From the NCBI RefSeq assembly GCF_006345805.1, contig NC_043003.1, forward strand, positions 78,058,001 through 78,122,000: DNA of 64,000 nt, in the 5' to 3' direction. Origin of the DNA: Octopus sinensis. Taxonomy: Eukaryota. Below are positions 13,640 to 25,570 of this stretch, in pieces. The notes beneath the pieces are model-generated. The model saw only the letters and a program-made list of their open reading frames with translations. It was not told the origin of the DNA and searched no databases. Each line of letters begins with the position of its first letter. Position 1 is the first letter of the stretch. Both the position numbers and the translations under genes were made by a program.

Positions 13640-13925
13640 CTCAATGCCCTTGCTTGATGAGACTGGAATCATCCCTGGTAAGTGGTCCCAGAAACCTCAT
13701 CATGCATAGAGCCAGCCATGTCCACCAGTGCTCTCCATTGCTGGTGGTCCTGTGCCAGCCCCTCTGCATCTTCGAAGTTGATGTTGGACCTTTGGAGATC
13801 CTCTCCAATCATGCCCAGCCATCAAATGGTACCATCACATTTCCAACAAAGAACTGCATGCACACACAAGCGCATCAGCTTGTAGCCTCCTACTTGGATC
13901 ATACTGCCAGGGCTTTACTCTCATG
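13640..13925 (-). mobile_element. RTE-type LINE 3' fragment (distinct from the abundant RTE family)
   Basis: Minus strand reads WLGMIGEDLQRSNINFEDAEGLAQDHQQWRALVDMAG, resembling the RTE ORF C-terminus (W...DL...A.DR..WR). Confidence 0.6.
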
Positions 13926-14331
13926 AATTGACAGGTTGCAAGATCAATTTTTATAGTGGAGATATCGATTACTAGTTTTTATATTTGTTGATTCTGGGGG
14001 AATTAAAAGTAAGTCACTCTAGCGGGATTTCTGTACAGACTGTAGGAGGCCAAAATAAAGCATTGTAAAGTATTTAGTGCTCTACAAGTTCTGTTAATTT
14101 GAAAGTTCCTGTGGTTTTTAACAATGATATTCAACTGGGAAGTGTTTTCAGTTTGGTTTACAAACACAGACAAATAATGAATGAACTGTTAAATGATACT
14201 GGACAACTAATTTGAGACCAAATCGAGAAATAAAATAGTAACATAGGAGAGAACAGGAAAATGATAGTGCCATTAAAATATCAGAGACCAGTTGAAGAAT
14301 AGCAGACAGTCTTAAGATAACCTGTAATATT

Positions 14332-14546
14332 GATTTAAAATTTTGGCACAAGGCCAGCAATTTTGGGGGAGTGGGTAAGTCAGTCACCTCAATCCTAGTA
14401 CTCAACTGGTACTTATTTTTATCAACCCTGGAAAGATGAAAGGCAAAGTTGACCTTGGCAGAATTTGAACTCAGAATGTAAAAATTAGCAAAATGCTGTT
14501 AAGCATTTTGCCCTGTGTGCTAATGATTCTGCCAGCTTGTAACCTT
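14332..14546 (-). mobile_element. SINE family B, tail type 2
   Basis: GAAAGATGAAAGGCAAAGTTGACCTTGGCAGAATTTGAACTCAGAATG body; tail TTTTGGCACAAGGCCAGCAATTTT. Confidence 0.8.
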
Positions 14547-15035
14547 AAGATAACATGTTATTATCACATGTAGATATTGTGGTTTGTGTATCATCAGTGG
14601 TTCTATTTTGTTTTCAATGTCACGGGTATATATAAATGTAATGATGTACTTTATTCATATCACTTTTGTATCTAACAGCAGCACTCTTCCTTTTAAATTG
14701 TCAAATGTCTAAAGCAAATATGAGGTTTATGTTTCATCAAGATGTTATTAAATCTGTATAGCTTTTTAAACTGTATTTGTTTTAACATTGCACCCCCACC
14801 CCTGTTGTTTTCTCTCTGTTGGGCAAGTCTGGAGTACTTACATCACCCCCTTTCTAGATCCTGTTCTTATCTCAACATCATTTCCTTTGTCTTCCACTGC
14901 CAATGTGTAGCACTCCGTTTTGTAGCCACATCACATGTTCATACCAATCTAGTCATCTCTCCTCAATACCCCATCCACTTAGACAAGTAATGTCTTTAAT
15001 GCCCAGCTGCCAGTCTCTACCCAACCTTATAAGCA

Positions 15036-15152
<117 letters not shown>

Positions 15153-15802
15153 AAAATGTGTGTGTATCTAATGAACTTTATAGCTTCCTTTAGTCATTTC
15201 AGTCATTTAAACAGGTTAAATTCTATTAAAATATTTCTAAAGGAAACCAAAGATTATTGCTTCGTCTCAGATGGCAAATAAACAATGATGTCATCAGTAA
15301 CCTCGTTTTTTTTTTCTGAAGGAAGGAGTTACTAGAATGCTAACCATCTGCTGTATGGAATTAGCCAGAAGTTGTATCTGATTTTAGTTCAAGCTGGGGA
15401 AATATTTAAAGAACTGCCCCCTCCCCACCTGTACCAATTCAATTATAGCTAAAACATCTGAGGTATATTTGAAGAATCTTTGCTAATGAATTAATGCTAT
15501 GTAAACAGTGTTTTATTCAACCATCTGTTGTAAAATTTGATAGAAATTGATGAGAAATGGATTCTTCAAAATAAAAAAAAAATTGTCACATGACTGCCAG
15601 CATTGTTAATTCAATCCATCTGCTAGTAATAGCAGCTAATTCTTCTACAGATCACACTCTGCTGTATAAAATAAGAGGCCGATACAGTGTACTCTGACAT
15701 GGCTCTAAAAAGACTTGATGAGCGTAGCTGGAATTGAGGTCTCCTGGATCAGAGAGTGGTTGCGACAATGCAAAAAAGAAAAAACACTGCAATTTATTAT
15801 AT

Positions 15803-15955
15803 AGGCATGGTTGTGTGGTAAGAAGGTTGCTACCCAACCACAGTTCTGGGTTCAGCCCCACTGCATGGCACCTTGGGCAAGTGTCTTCTACTATATCCTT
15901 GGGCTGACCAAAGCCTTAAGTGGATTTGGTAGAAACTGAAAGAAGCCTGTCATAA

Positions 15956-15992
<37 letters not shown>

Positions 15993-16222
15993 ATATATAT
16001 ATATTTATTTATTTATTTGTGTTTTTCTCCCCACCATCACTTGACAACTGATGTTGGTGTGTTTATGTTCCTGTAACATAGTAGTTCAGCAAAAAAGACT
16101 GCTAGAATAAGTACTAGGATTACAAAGAATAAGTCCTGAGGTTGATTTGTTCGACTAAAATCCCTTAAAGTTGGTCTCCAGCATGGCCACAGTCAGACGA
16201 CTGAAACAAATGAATAAAAGAA
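15803..16222 (+). mobile_element. SINE family A, full length with internal (TA)n
   Basis: Head AGGCATGGTTGTGTGGTAAGAAG, CACCTTGGGCAAGTGTCTTCTACTATA, and 3' half CCAGCATGGCCACAGTC...CTGAAAC. Confidence 0.85.
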
Positions 16223-16913
16223 CAAACGAAAGAGGAATGACAGTTACTGTCACAGAGGCTTGAACTCGGTTGTGGAATGGAATGTAATAGAACCGGTTAG
16301 GTATTCAATTTGATTCTCTATCACTTAGTGTCAAATTGCCAGAATGCCAAACTAAATAGTTTTACACTATTTAATTTCATTCTGCTACAGTCTCTTCTGT
16401 CTTTCATTCTTCTGGAGACAATAACCCCAAATATCAATGTGTGTGTGTTAGTTCTTTGTCCACTTTTTTTCTATGCTAACTTGGGTTGCATAAATACATC
16501 ACCAAAGTATTGTTTTACAGCTGGATGCTTTTCTTATAGCTAACCTTTGGTTTTCAAATATGGGGATTTTTTTTTTTTATTTCACACATCTTTGAAAGTG
16601 TAGAGAGAAAGGAAATAGAAGACAATTTTGTTGATAGTGTCAACAAACATTACCTTTGTTTTGGTTTAATATTTTTCATGCATAAGCAAGGAATGAAAAC
16701 ACATGCATACATGCATGCACACATACTTATTTATAATGGTCCTCAATGCAATTTCCTTCTACCAATTCCATTCACAGGGCATAGTTGGCCTGTGACTACA
16801 GTTGAAGACAGTTGCCCTAAGTGCCATGCAGTGAGGTAGAACTTAAGACTGTGAAACAAGAACATCTTCCACAGAGCCATGATTGTACATGTGTGTATGC
16901 TTGCTCCTCTCTC

Positions 16914-16971
<58 letters not shown>

Positions 16972-17018
16972 CACACACACACACACGCCTACATAAATGA
17001 GAGAGAGAGAGCAGATGA

Positions 17019-17213
17019 GGTGGAAATGCTTAGCGGTATATCGTCTGCTGCTACGTTCTGAGTTGAAATTGCGCCAAGGTCGACTTTGCCTTTCATCCTT
17101 TCAGGGTCGATTAAATATGTACCAGTTACGCACTGGGGTCAATATAATTGACTTAATCCATTTGTTTGTCCCTTCTGTGTGTGTGTAGCCCCTTGTGGGC
17201 AGTAAGGAAATAA
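17019..17213 (+). mobile_element. SINE family B, tail type 1 (5' truncated)
   Basis: ATGCTTAGCGGTAT...GGTCGACTTTGCCTTTCATCCTTTCAGGGTCG; ends TAGCCCCTTGTGGGCAGTAAGGAAATAAG. Confidence 0.85.
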
Positions 17214-17572
17214 GAACAGATGAGATCCAGAGATGCTCAATATTGAAAAAAAATTTAGTTACATTCAAATAATTCAGACTTACGCTCCAAAATCTTTACC
17301 GAAGACTAAGTCCATGGAGTAAAGAGTAGCTATAAGAAGAATCCAGCTGAGCAGATATGGATATAATGATTCAAATAAACATAAAGCCACTTGGGCTCCA
17401 TATACAAAATATACATGTAATCATGTAAATAGAGAGAAAATATATTTTAGATGAACATTCACATATAGATATAGATATTTATTATATTAGCATATTAAAC
17501 TTACGCAGTACAAAGACCCATAAAATTAAGGGGAGAAGGTATGGTGTTACAGGTCCAACAGCTGTCTGGGGG

Positions 17573-17680
17573 CTGTGTACACACACACACACTGTGTACA
17601 CACACACACACACTGTGTACACACACACACACACACTGTGTACACACACACACACTGTGTACACACACACACACTGTACT
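17573..17680. repeat. Minisatellite CTGTGTA(CA)n x5
   Basis: Units carry (CA)6, 7, 8, 6, 6, then a partial CTGTACT. Confidence 0.95.
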
Positions 17681-19241
17681 GGACATTGTTAGTTTGGCTC
17701 GTGTCAGACTTGACCCAACAGTATAAATTAATACAAAACAAATTAGTACAAAAGCAGTACAAATTAGGCATAACCCACATATCCATTCTCCCCGTGAAGT
17801 CATGTCACTGTTTAGCAGAGAACCACACTACACTCTAACATGCAATGATAAACTGCATAGAGTGAAGCATGACGGTCTAGACATATTACACTCTCCACTG
17901 TCTGGTCTGTTTCTGTACTCAAGTTCTGATAGCAGCTATACTAGAGGTAAGGTAGACTCAATCTAAGCATAACAGTTGCTGCTGTTTGTGTTGTGAATCT
18001 CAGGAGTGCAATATAATTTCAAGGTGATTTGGTTGCTATTTCTTACAGGGATTAGATATAGAAGCTCTTTCATTAGCTAAGTGGTGGTGGTCACTGTTAT
18101 TGCTTATTAGCTCTACATCAGCTCTGAACAGGTATATGATTAATGACATTCCAGCCATGACCATCCCCTCATTTTTCAGTGCAAGACCACAAGCTTGTGT
18201 AGCTTTATTTTTTTCTAAGACACTATTATTTAGCTGCTATTTCTAGCAAGTATCCTGCAATAATCAATGTGTATATACTAGAGGTAGTAAGTGGTAGTCA
18301 ATGTGTAACATACAGGTGGTTGGGGAGTGGTGGTCTTTGCAGGTATGTATTTGGTGGTGTGGAACAGCAGTCATTTTACAAATCTACACTCCCTTCTGTC
18401 TACTGCAGAACATTGCTTTCTTTTTAAAGAATTAACAAATCAATATATATATCTGGTACCATTTCAGTGAGTTAGTTATATGAAAATATCCTAAGAACGT
18501 CAACCAAATCAGCATGGCAAGTGTGGGAAAGTCTGAAAAGGCCATGTGAAAATTTCCTCCTTCTCAGAATAAATTATTCAAATAAAACCCCAATTTCCAT
18601 TTGAAATGATCGTTAATGGTGTGTATAAATAATGGTAATTTGTGGGGTAATATATAGTTTTCTGTTGAACGTTATTTACATGTCAGTTTCTACTGATAGA
18701 TTTTCTATATTGATATTTTGTTGGTGACTTCGTTTAGGTGTTAGATCTTGGGGCTAAGTCCAGAGTTCCCCAAGCTCTGCCAGTGGTAGGAGGCTTCGAA
18801 CACACTTATTTATATATAATGAATGTTTATTGTACAATATTGTTGTTGCTGTGTGGTAAGAAATTTGCTTCTCAGCACCGCATGGTTTGGGAATCCTTCT
18901 GACCTATGCCAGGAAGAGGAGTTCATTTATACTGACAGTTTCATATTTCTCTAGCGTATATTTTTTTTTTCTTCACTCATTTCTTATTGTTCTTATTCTA
19001 TTATTCTAACTCATGTCCATTGTCTGGAAATCTTTTGTCACACACCTGTGACTTCTTCAGTAACACTTTTCGTTTTCGTGTGTGTTCTTGCTCCACTTAC
19101 TCCATTCAGAACAGAACGAAAATGAAAAGTGTCACTGAAGAGGTCACAGATGTGTAACGAAAGATTTCCAGACAATGGACATGAGTTAAAATAATAGAAT
19201 AAGAACAGTAAGAAATGAGTGAAGAAATAAATAAATATAAG

Positions 19242-19277
<36 letters not shown>

Positions 19278-19342
19278 CACACACACTGTGCAATTGTTTA
19301 TTTGGAAAAAGAAAAAAAAATGACCATTCCGAAATACAACAA

Positions 19343-19395
<53 letters not shown>

Positions 19396-20031
19396 ACTGT
19401 TTCCTTCACATAATGGTTGTGAAAAAAAAAAAACTAAGTCTTCTCATCATGCAAGCAGTGTCCTTCATTTCTATTCATCCATTAAAACCTGTCTGGTCGT
19501 GTCTGGTGACAAGAACATCTGGCCATAGAAAAATTTACCTCAGTAAATTCTGTCCAACCCAGGCAAGCATGGAAAAGTGGACAGTAAAGATGATAATGAT
19601 GATTGTTGTTTAGCCCTCATTAAGCCAAGTCAGACATTCCAGTTGTGACCATCCCATTATTTATTCAGATATCTCAGACTGCACTATCCAATGTGTCCAC
19701 ACTGAGGTGTGGTTTGGGGGAAATTTAGTTGTTAGTTCTAGTGGACTTGTAACCATGTGTTGGTACTCTTGCTGATTTTCAATGCTTCATGCTAACAGGG
19801 GTTGAGTATGACATCAGCAGAGTGCAGTTAGATATGTTAATTGTGCATGTGTGTGAGTGGGAGAGAGAAAGAGAAATAATTATGAGAAGCCACACTAAAT
19901 GAATAGGATGAACTTATTAAATGGTTAACATATCTAATTGTCACATACTATGGTAACACTCATATACACGTTTGTGTTTGTAAATGTGTAGATCTATAGT
20001 TGTATAATATATATTTATACCTGTGTGTGTG

Positions 20032-20061
<30 letters not shown>

Positions 20062-20062
<1 letters not shown>

Positions 20063-20225
20063 ACTGGTAGTTTCAGATGACCTGCTATTAACTAAACTGG
20101 GGATATAACTCCTCTCATAACATCAAATGTGTCTATGGCACAGACCCACAAACTATACAACACCTATTGAGAAGCCTTCTAATGCAAAAACCATGCATTT
20201 CTCTTGACCTTGATGTGAAGAAATG
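20062..20225 (+). mobile_element. Ingi/Vingi-like LINE C-terminal relic
   Basis: Reads WGYNSSHNIKCVYGTDPQTIQHLLRSLLMQKPCISLDL, resembling the KWG...C.CG..QT..HL..C...DL terminal knuckle motif. Confidence 0.5.
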
Positions 20226-21267
20226 TGTTCAGTTTTGACTGAATATAATATGGCACTAAAGTTGATGTATTAGACACGATAAGCACTAATTTGAAGCAGA
20301 AAATAAAAAGTTTTAAAATTCTCATTTAGTTGACTTTAGTTTTTTAAAACTATTTTGTTTTTCAGTTGCTGCAAGAGTTTGTAATTGAAACTTTCATGTA
20401 GATATAGTTGATAAAAATATGTGCTTAGCTGACTAATAGTAGAAGTGTTATCACCAAAGCAAGATTAGGCATAACCAGAAAAAATATTGTTATAACATTT
20501 AAAAGAATCTATTTAAAGTTTATCAGATTAGCCATGTTGAAAGACTCTTAGGATTAAAATTGGTGTTGCTATTTAGCTCTAGGTCAACTTTAATTGAGCA
20601 GAGCTATAATCAAAGGTGATTCAGCTGTGACCATTGTGTCTTTAGAGACCTCTAGGACTACATTATCTATGACATTTGAAGGAACTTTGGCTCAATTTTT
20701 TTGCATGTTGCGAAACCATTCAAAGACTCTCTTGTTGCCTTATAATAAGTTGTTTCTTAATTATTTAGGTTGGGCACTGTACCTACTCCCCTGATCAAGT
20801 CCGCTTGACTCCTCCTCATTTCTAAGATCACTGCAGCCTATGCAGAGAGGGAACCAGAGGCAGAGGATGTTAAGCAAGTTGTCTAGTTTGAATGCCTGCA
20901 ACTAAGTGAACTTTATTATCAAAGGCCATTCAGGGGGTCAGATCTAGTTGATTGAGTAAATAACAATATATTTTTAGCACTTGTGTTGGTGACTCTTCCT
21001 GTATGAACATTGTGAATCCTGTTGATATTTGATCTTAGAACATTGAGAAACCAAACTAAATACTTTAAACCTTTCACTGTGAATTTAAATTTCATTATTC
21101 CAATAATAATGTTAAAGGAATACCAAAAATAGAATTGGTATTTTCTGCAAGTCACGTTGCCTAATTAAACTTGACGTATTTAAAAATAGTTTCAAGCATG
21201 ACATTCCTCAACAAAAAGTTAAATTTGTATATAAATCTGCTTTTCACAATCGGGGATAATGGAATTT

Positions 21268-21298
<31 letters not shown>

Positions 21299-21619
21299 GT
21301 GTGTGTATATATGCTTTCTGCAGTAAAATTAAGGTATTTAACAGTTGTTGTCCTGTTTGTTCATTAAAACATGAACTTTTATAATTTTTTGAGTTGACAC
21401 AAAGATAATCATATTACTGGTGAGGTGTGGGGTGTGGCCATTGAGTGGGCTGAGCTTTCTTTATACTGTTTTTTTTTTTTTTTTTTTTTCAACCCTAGAA
21501 GTATGAAAGGTAAAGTTGGCTCTAAGATTTGCCCTTTAAATGTTGAGAGAAAAAACTAAATACTGTACCAGTCTCTCACAATATTATTTATACCAACTCC
21601 GTTCACCTGCTATTGGTTA

Positions 21620-22230
21620 AAATTCTCTTGGTTCCAGGCAACATGGTTGCTTGATAGTCTACTATTAGCAACCATACTGCGTTTAAATCACACTCTACTA
21701 TTAAAAAAAATAATAATGGGAAGGCAACATTGGAGGATCTTTTCGGTTTGAACGGCATTTTTTCTAGTGGTGTCATATGAAATTGTCCCCCATAATTATG
21801 ACCATAGTATTGATCTATTGCATTTCGATCTATTTTAGGGTTAGGGGTGGGGGGAAGGGTATCTTTTTTTCTTCACAAATGTAAATAAACCCAATCTGTT
21901 TCTTAAATGAGGGACATATTCATACGGCACGGAATGTTGTTTACCTCAATGGACGTCAGTGATTGGTTGAAATTGCAGAAATTGAAGAAAAAAACAACAA
22001 ATATCTTACAAACTATAGAATTTTCTCAAAGCCAAGAGAAAAATGTTTTATAAACATATTCTACCAGTATACGAAGTTTAAAATTTTTTAGCTACCTAGA
22101 AATTGTTAAAAACTGCCGTTCAAACCGAAAAGATCCACATTGGATACTGTTGTCCAGATACAAAAAAGAGATGGTCATGTCTGGAATAATTTTTGATCAT
22201 AGGTTTGCCTGAACAGCATATTGATCTACA
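21620..22230 (+). mobile_element. Family E retroposon interrupted by a MITE
   Basis: TGGTTGCTTGA...CACACTCTACT...AAGGCAACATTGGA | insertion | ACATTGGATACTGTTGTCCAGATAC...ATGGTCATGTCTGGAAT...GATCATAGG. Same family recognisable near 1570, 17930, 25320, 33060 and 47120. Confidence 0.7.
21735..22136. mobile_element. 402-bp MITE with 23-bp perfect TIRs and 8-bp TSD (Merlin-like)
   Basis: TIR GGATCTTTTCGGTTTGAACGGCA (21735-21757) and its exact reverse complement (22114-22136); TSD ACATTGGA at 21727-21734 and 22137-22144. Terminal GG plus an 8-bp TSD fits the Merlin/IS1016 superfamily. Confidence 0.85.
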
Positions 22231-22519
22231 ATTAAACAATGTCAGTTGAGGTCATTGTTGACAGACTCAGAAATGTCTAATTACATTTTTTAAATTTTGA
22301 TTAAAATATCTGATAAACTCATTTTATGTAAACTATTGGGAATATAGCTGTTACAAATTTTGTAAACTGTTGGGAGTATATCTTTTATGAATTTTGAGTT
22401 GGTATTGTGGCTTGAATAGTTGAAATATCAGAGGTTTTCACAGAAGTTAGAACAGGATGGAGACTCATTCAAGATTTCAATGTTTGAGATGAGTAATTAA
22501 AATACCACCAATCCCTTAA

Positions 22520-23594
22520 CCCTTTCGATACCAAACCGCCCAAAGCCGCCCGAAAAAAATTTTGGTTAATGTGACCAAACCACCCAAACCTGCCCAAATT
22601 TACCTATTCATATTTAAATGAGAATATCAGAGCAAATCTCTTTAGTACATTCGTGAAAACACATATTATATTTCGTAAACAGTTCAACTACAGTTTTGTT
22701 CAACAATCGAAGTGTAATTTTAATTCCGTGAATTTTGGGAGATTTTTTTTCCTAAATTTGTTCCTATTGTGTTTTCAAAATTTGTAATTCTGACAAAAAA
22801 TGGATACGAATTTCATTATATCAAGCAGCGAGTCAGAATTCGAAGGATTTTCTACTGAAGACCTTCATAAATCTAACTCTATGACTGAAAAAAAAAGCAC
22901 GAGGTATTTGATAATGAATCTGATGTTTCATTTTCCGAAAGTGAAAACAGTGAATCCAAGAGCTCCGACAGCGATAAAGAAAATGAATTGGCATCTGAAT
23001 GGAGTGAAAATTTAAAAACTGTTTCTTTCAGTGATTTTTCTGAAGAAACTGGACCAAGCCACAGACTTTCCCAGGAGAGTAAAGCCTTAGACTATTTCTT
23101 TTTACTTTTTCAAATGAGCCTATTTGAAATCATTGTGGCAGAAACGAACCGTTACGCTAAACGTAAACAAAGCGAAAGAAAATGGTTTCCCATAACCTTA
23201 AATGAAATTAAGACTATTTTGCCATAAATATTATTATGGGTATCAGAAAGTTACCCAGAATAACAAATTCTATCGTAAAATTTTGTTGTATACCCAATTG
23301 AATATTAGCTAATAACCCATTTTCTATAGCGATGTTTGAACAAAATTTTAATAATTATATATTTTGTTGAATTTACCTGTATCTACCTGCAATTAGTCAC
23401 TTTGTGACAAAAATTATAGTATAGAATTGGTTGAGAACATTTCATTAAATTATCTTCCAAAATTCACGTTAATATATTGATAAATAAAAAAGTTATAGTT
23501 GTTTAATGAAACCAGACTAAATTTATGATTACGTTAGAAATTAATTGAAACACATAAGGGGTGTATTTTGGTCAGAAATATAGTAACGAAAGGG
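22520..23594 (+). mobile_element. Internally deleted piggyBac element (1075 bp)
   Basis: TTAA (22516-22519) CCCTTTCGATAC ... GTAACGAAAGGG TTAA (23595-23598); contains a transposase N-terminal fragment. Confidence 0.9.
22800..23270 (+). pseudogene. piggyBac transposase N-terminal fragment with two frameshifts
   Basis: Acidic N-terminus MDTNFIISSSESEFEGF..., frameshift in an A-run near 22890, then ...LDYFFLLFQMSLFEIIVAETNRYA...ITLNEIK / AINIIMGIRKLPRI, matching PGBD-type motifs; catalytic DDD core absent. Confidence 0.8.
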
Positions 23595-25570
23595 TTAAGA
23601 TTTGTTTAATGTTGCAGGATTAACTTTGAGCAAGTGTCTTCTATAACCTCAGACCAACCAAAGCTTTGTGAATGAATTTGATTGGTTGAAAATAAAAACA
23701 AGCCCATTGAACATTCATGTATGTGTGCATGCTTCTGTCAACTTGTGTTAACTTCGTATATGCTAACTGTAAACAATCATCATCATCTTTATCAACATAC
23801 AAGTGGTGCTGTTTTCTTGCAATCTCCCAAGAAAACCTGTCTGAATGAGAAGAAAATATTACATTGGTTGGTGACTGGATGAGTGTCTGGTTTTTGAAAA
23901 TCAACCTCTATGAATCCTTCTGACCTATGCCAGGAATAGGAGTTCATTTATACTGACAGTTTCATATTTCTCTAACATATACTTTCAGACTCTTACTGGT
24001 TCTGAGTATTATTAGTTTTCCTGAGTATATTAAGTTGAGCTTATCCTTTGTCCAGATTGACTGCACAAACATATATTATGAAATTGTATGGATAGAATTG
24101 TAGAAAATTAACCAAGAAGTTTATGGTTCAAATCTTGTATCTGCCATAGTATCTGAGTCACTTTACACACAAATTACCTAATCTGCACAGACATGACAGA
24201 AGTAAATAGACACCCATTTCTTCCATGGTCTTCATGTGGCTGAATAATACATTGTCAATAAATGTGATATTATTATGGTTTTCTGTTAAATATATACTCA
24301 ATGTATGCTTAATATGTATTATTACCCTTCATTTTCTGGAAAAAATGTCTAGATGGGCTATTTACATTCAAAAGCTATTAGTATGCTTCACCCAAAAACT
24401 GAAGAATCTGAAATAAAAAAGGACATTACACAGAATAATGAAAACCTAACAATTATGTTGCCATACTGTGCAAACCAGCTGTGGAAAAGTTTTATCAAAA
24501 TCGATTCCCAGAAAACTGAGAAATTTTAAACTTCATTCCAAAGCATTTAGCATGGTTCTGGGTGTATACTGAGTCTAAATCCCTGTTCAAAGATGTGGGT
24601 ATGAACTCCAGCATGTGGATGCAGTCAGAATGTCTACTGTGCCCCTTCCTGCTGGCCATGGTTTTGTAGTCTCAGTTGCAGCTGTCCATCTTACAGTTTT
24701 TGCAGTATTCATAGAGCATTGAGCAGTAATCATGGTGTTGGCATTTTGACACCCAGTGCAAATCATCATAATACATGTAGCTCTTTTCCAATATTCAGGT
24801 GGCTTCTAGCCTTCCATGTCAGGTAACTTTTTCTAAACTACAGCTTTAATTTTTATGCTCTCCAACACTAATTATTCACCAATGCATCAAGCTGTTCCTG
24901 AGTAAAGGGGACATGAAAAAAAGGGTCAAATTCAGCCCAAACACCTTGTACCTGTATTGTAAATAGTATGACATCTTAGGTACAACTTGCTGCTGTAAAT
25001 AGTATTGCAAGGGAAATAGAATTTGCTGTTTTATTTCATGTCAACACTATTTTTGACGAGTGCTTTGTTGGTTTACGGTATTCACTTCAACTCTGTGATA
25101 ACAGCTTAAAGAGATTTGATTCTTATAAATTGATAGTCTCCAATGAATTAATAGTATTAGTGGACTGCCAGACAAGCATCTTATAGTATTTACTTTTATT
25201 CTTCGGCATTAGTAGTACAAATCCCACTGTGTTGACTTAGCCATTCAGTCATCTAGGACTTATGAGCGCCAGTAACATACAGTATTGATGCCATTTTCAA
25301 CATTCTCTCCTTTGAACCAGTAAGGGAACCTCTATACAGTTGCTTGCTCAACCTGTTAGAAATAGCAGCCTAACCTCTCTAAACTCACTCCCTACTTTCT
25401 TTGAAAGAGCACTTTAGATAATGTACTCCAAGATAGACTAAAATGATGGGTTGTTCATTAGCTGTTGGTCAACTTTGGTCCAGTTGACCTATGATCCAAT
25501 GCGTTCTAGCTATGACTTAGTCTTTTTAAGAATATCTTGGACTACACTGTCAAATGTATTATTTTTTTTA

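Noticed and set aside
24799-24822. 24-nt frame-preserving microexon candidate
   Set aside because: Would insert WLLAFHV into the first beta strand of the motor domain; implausible and unsupported.
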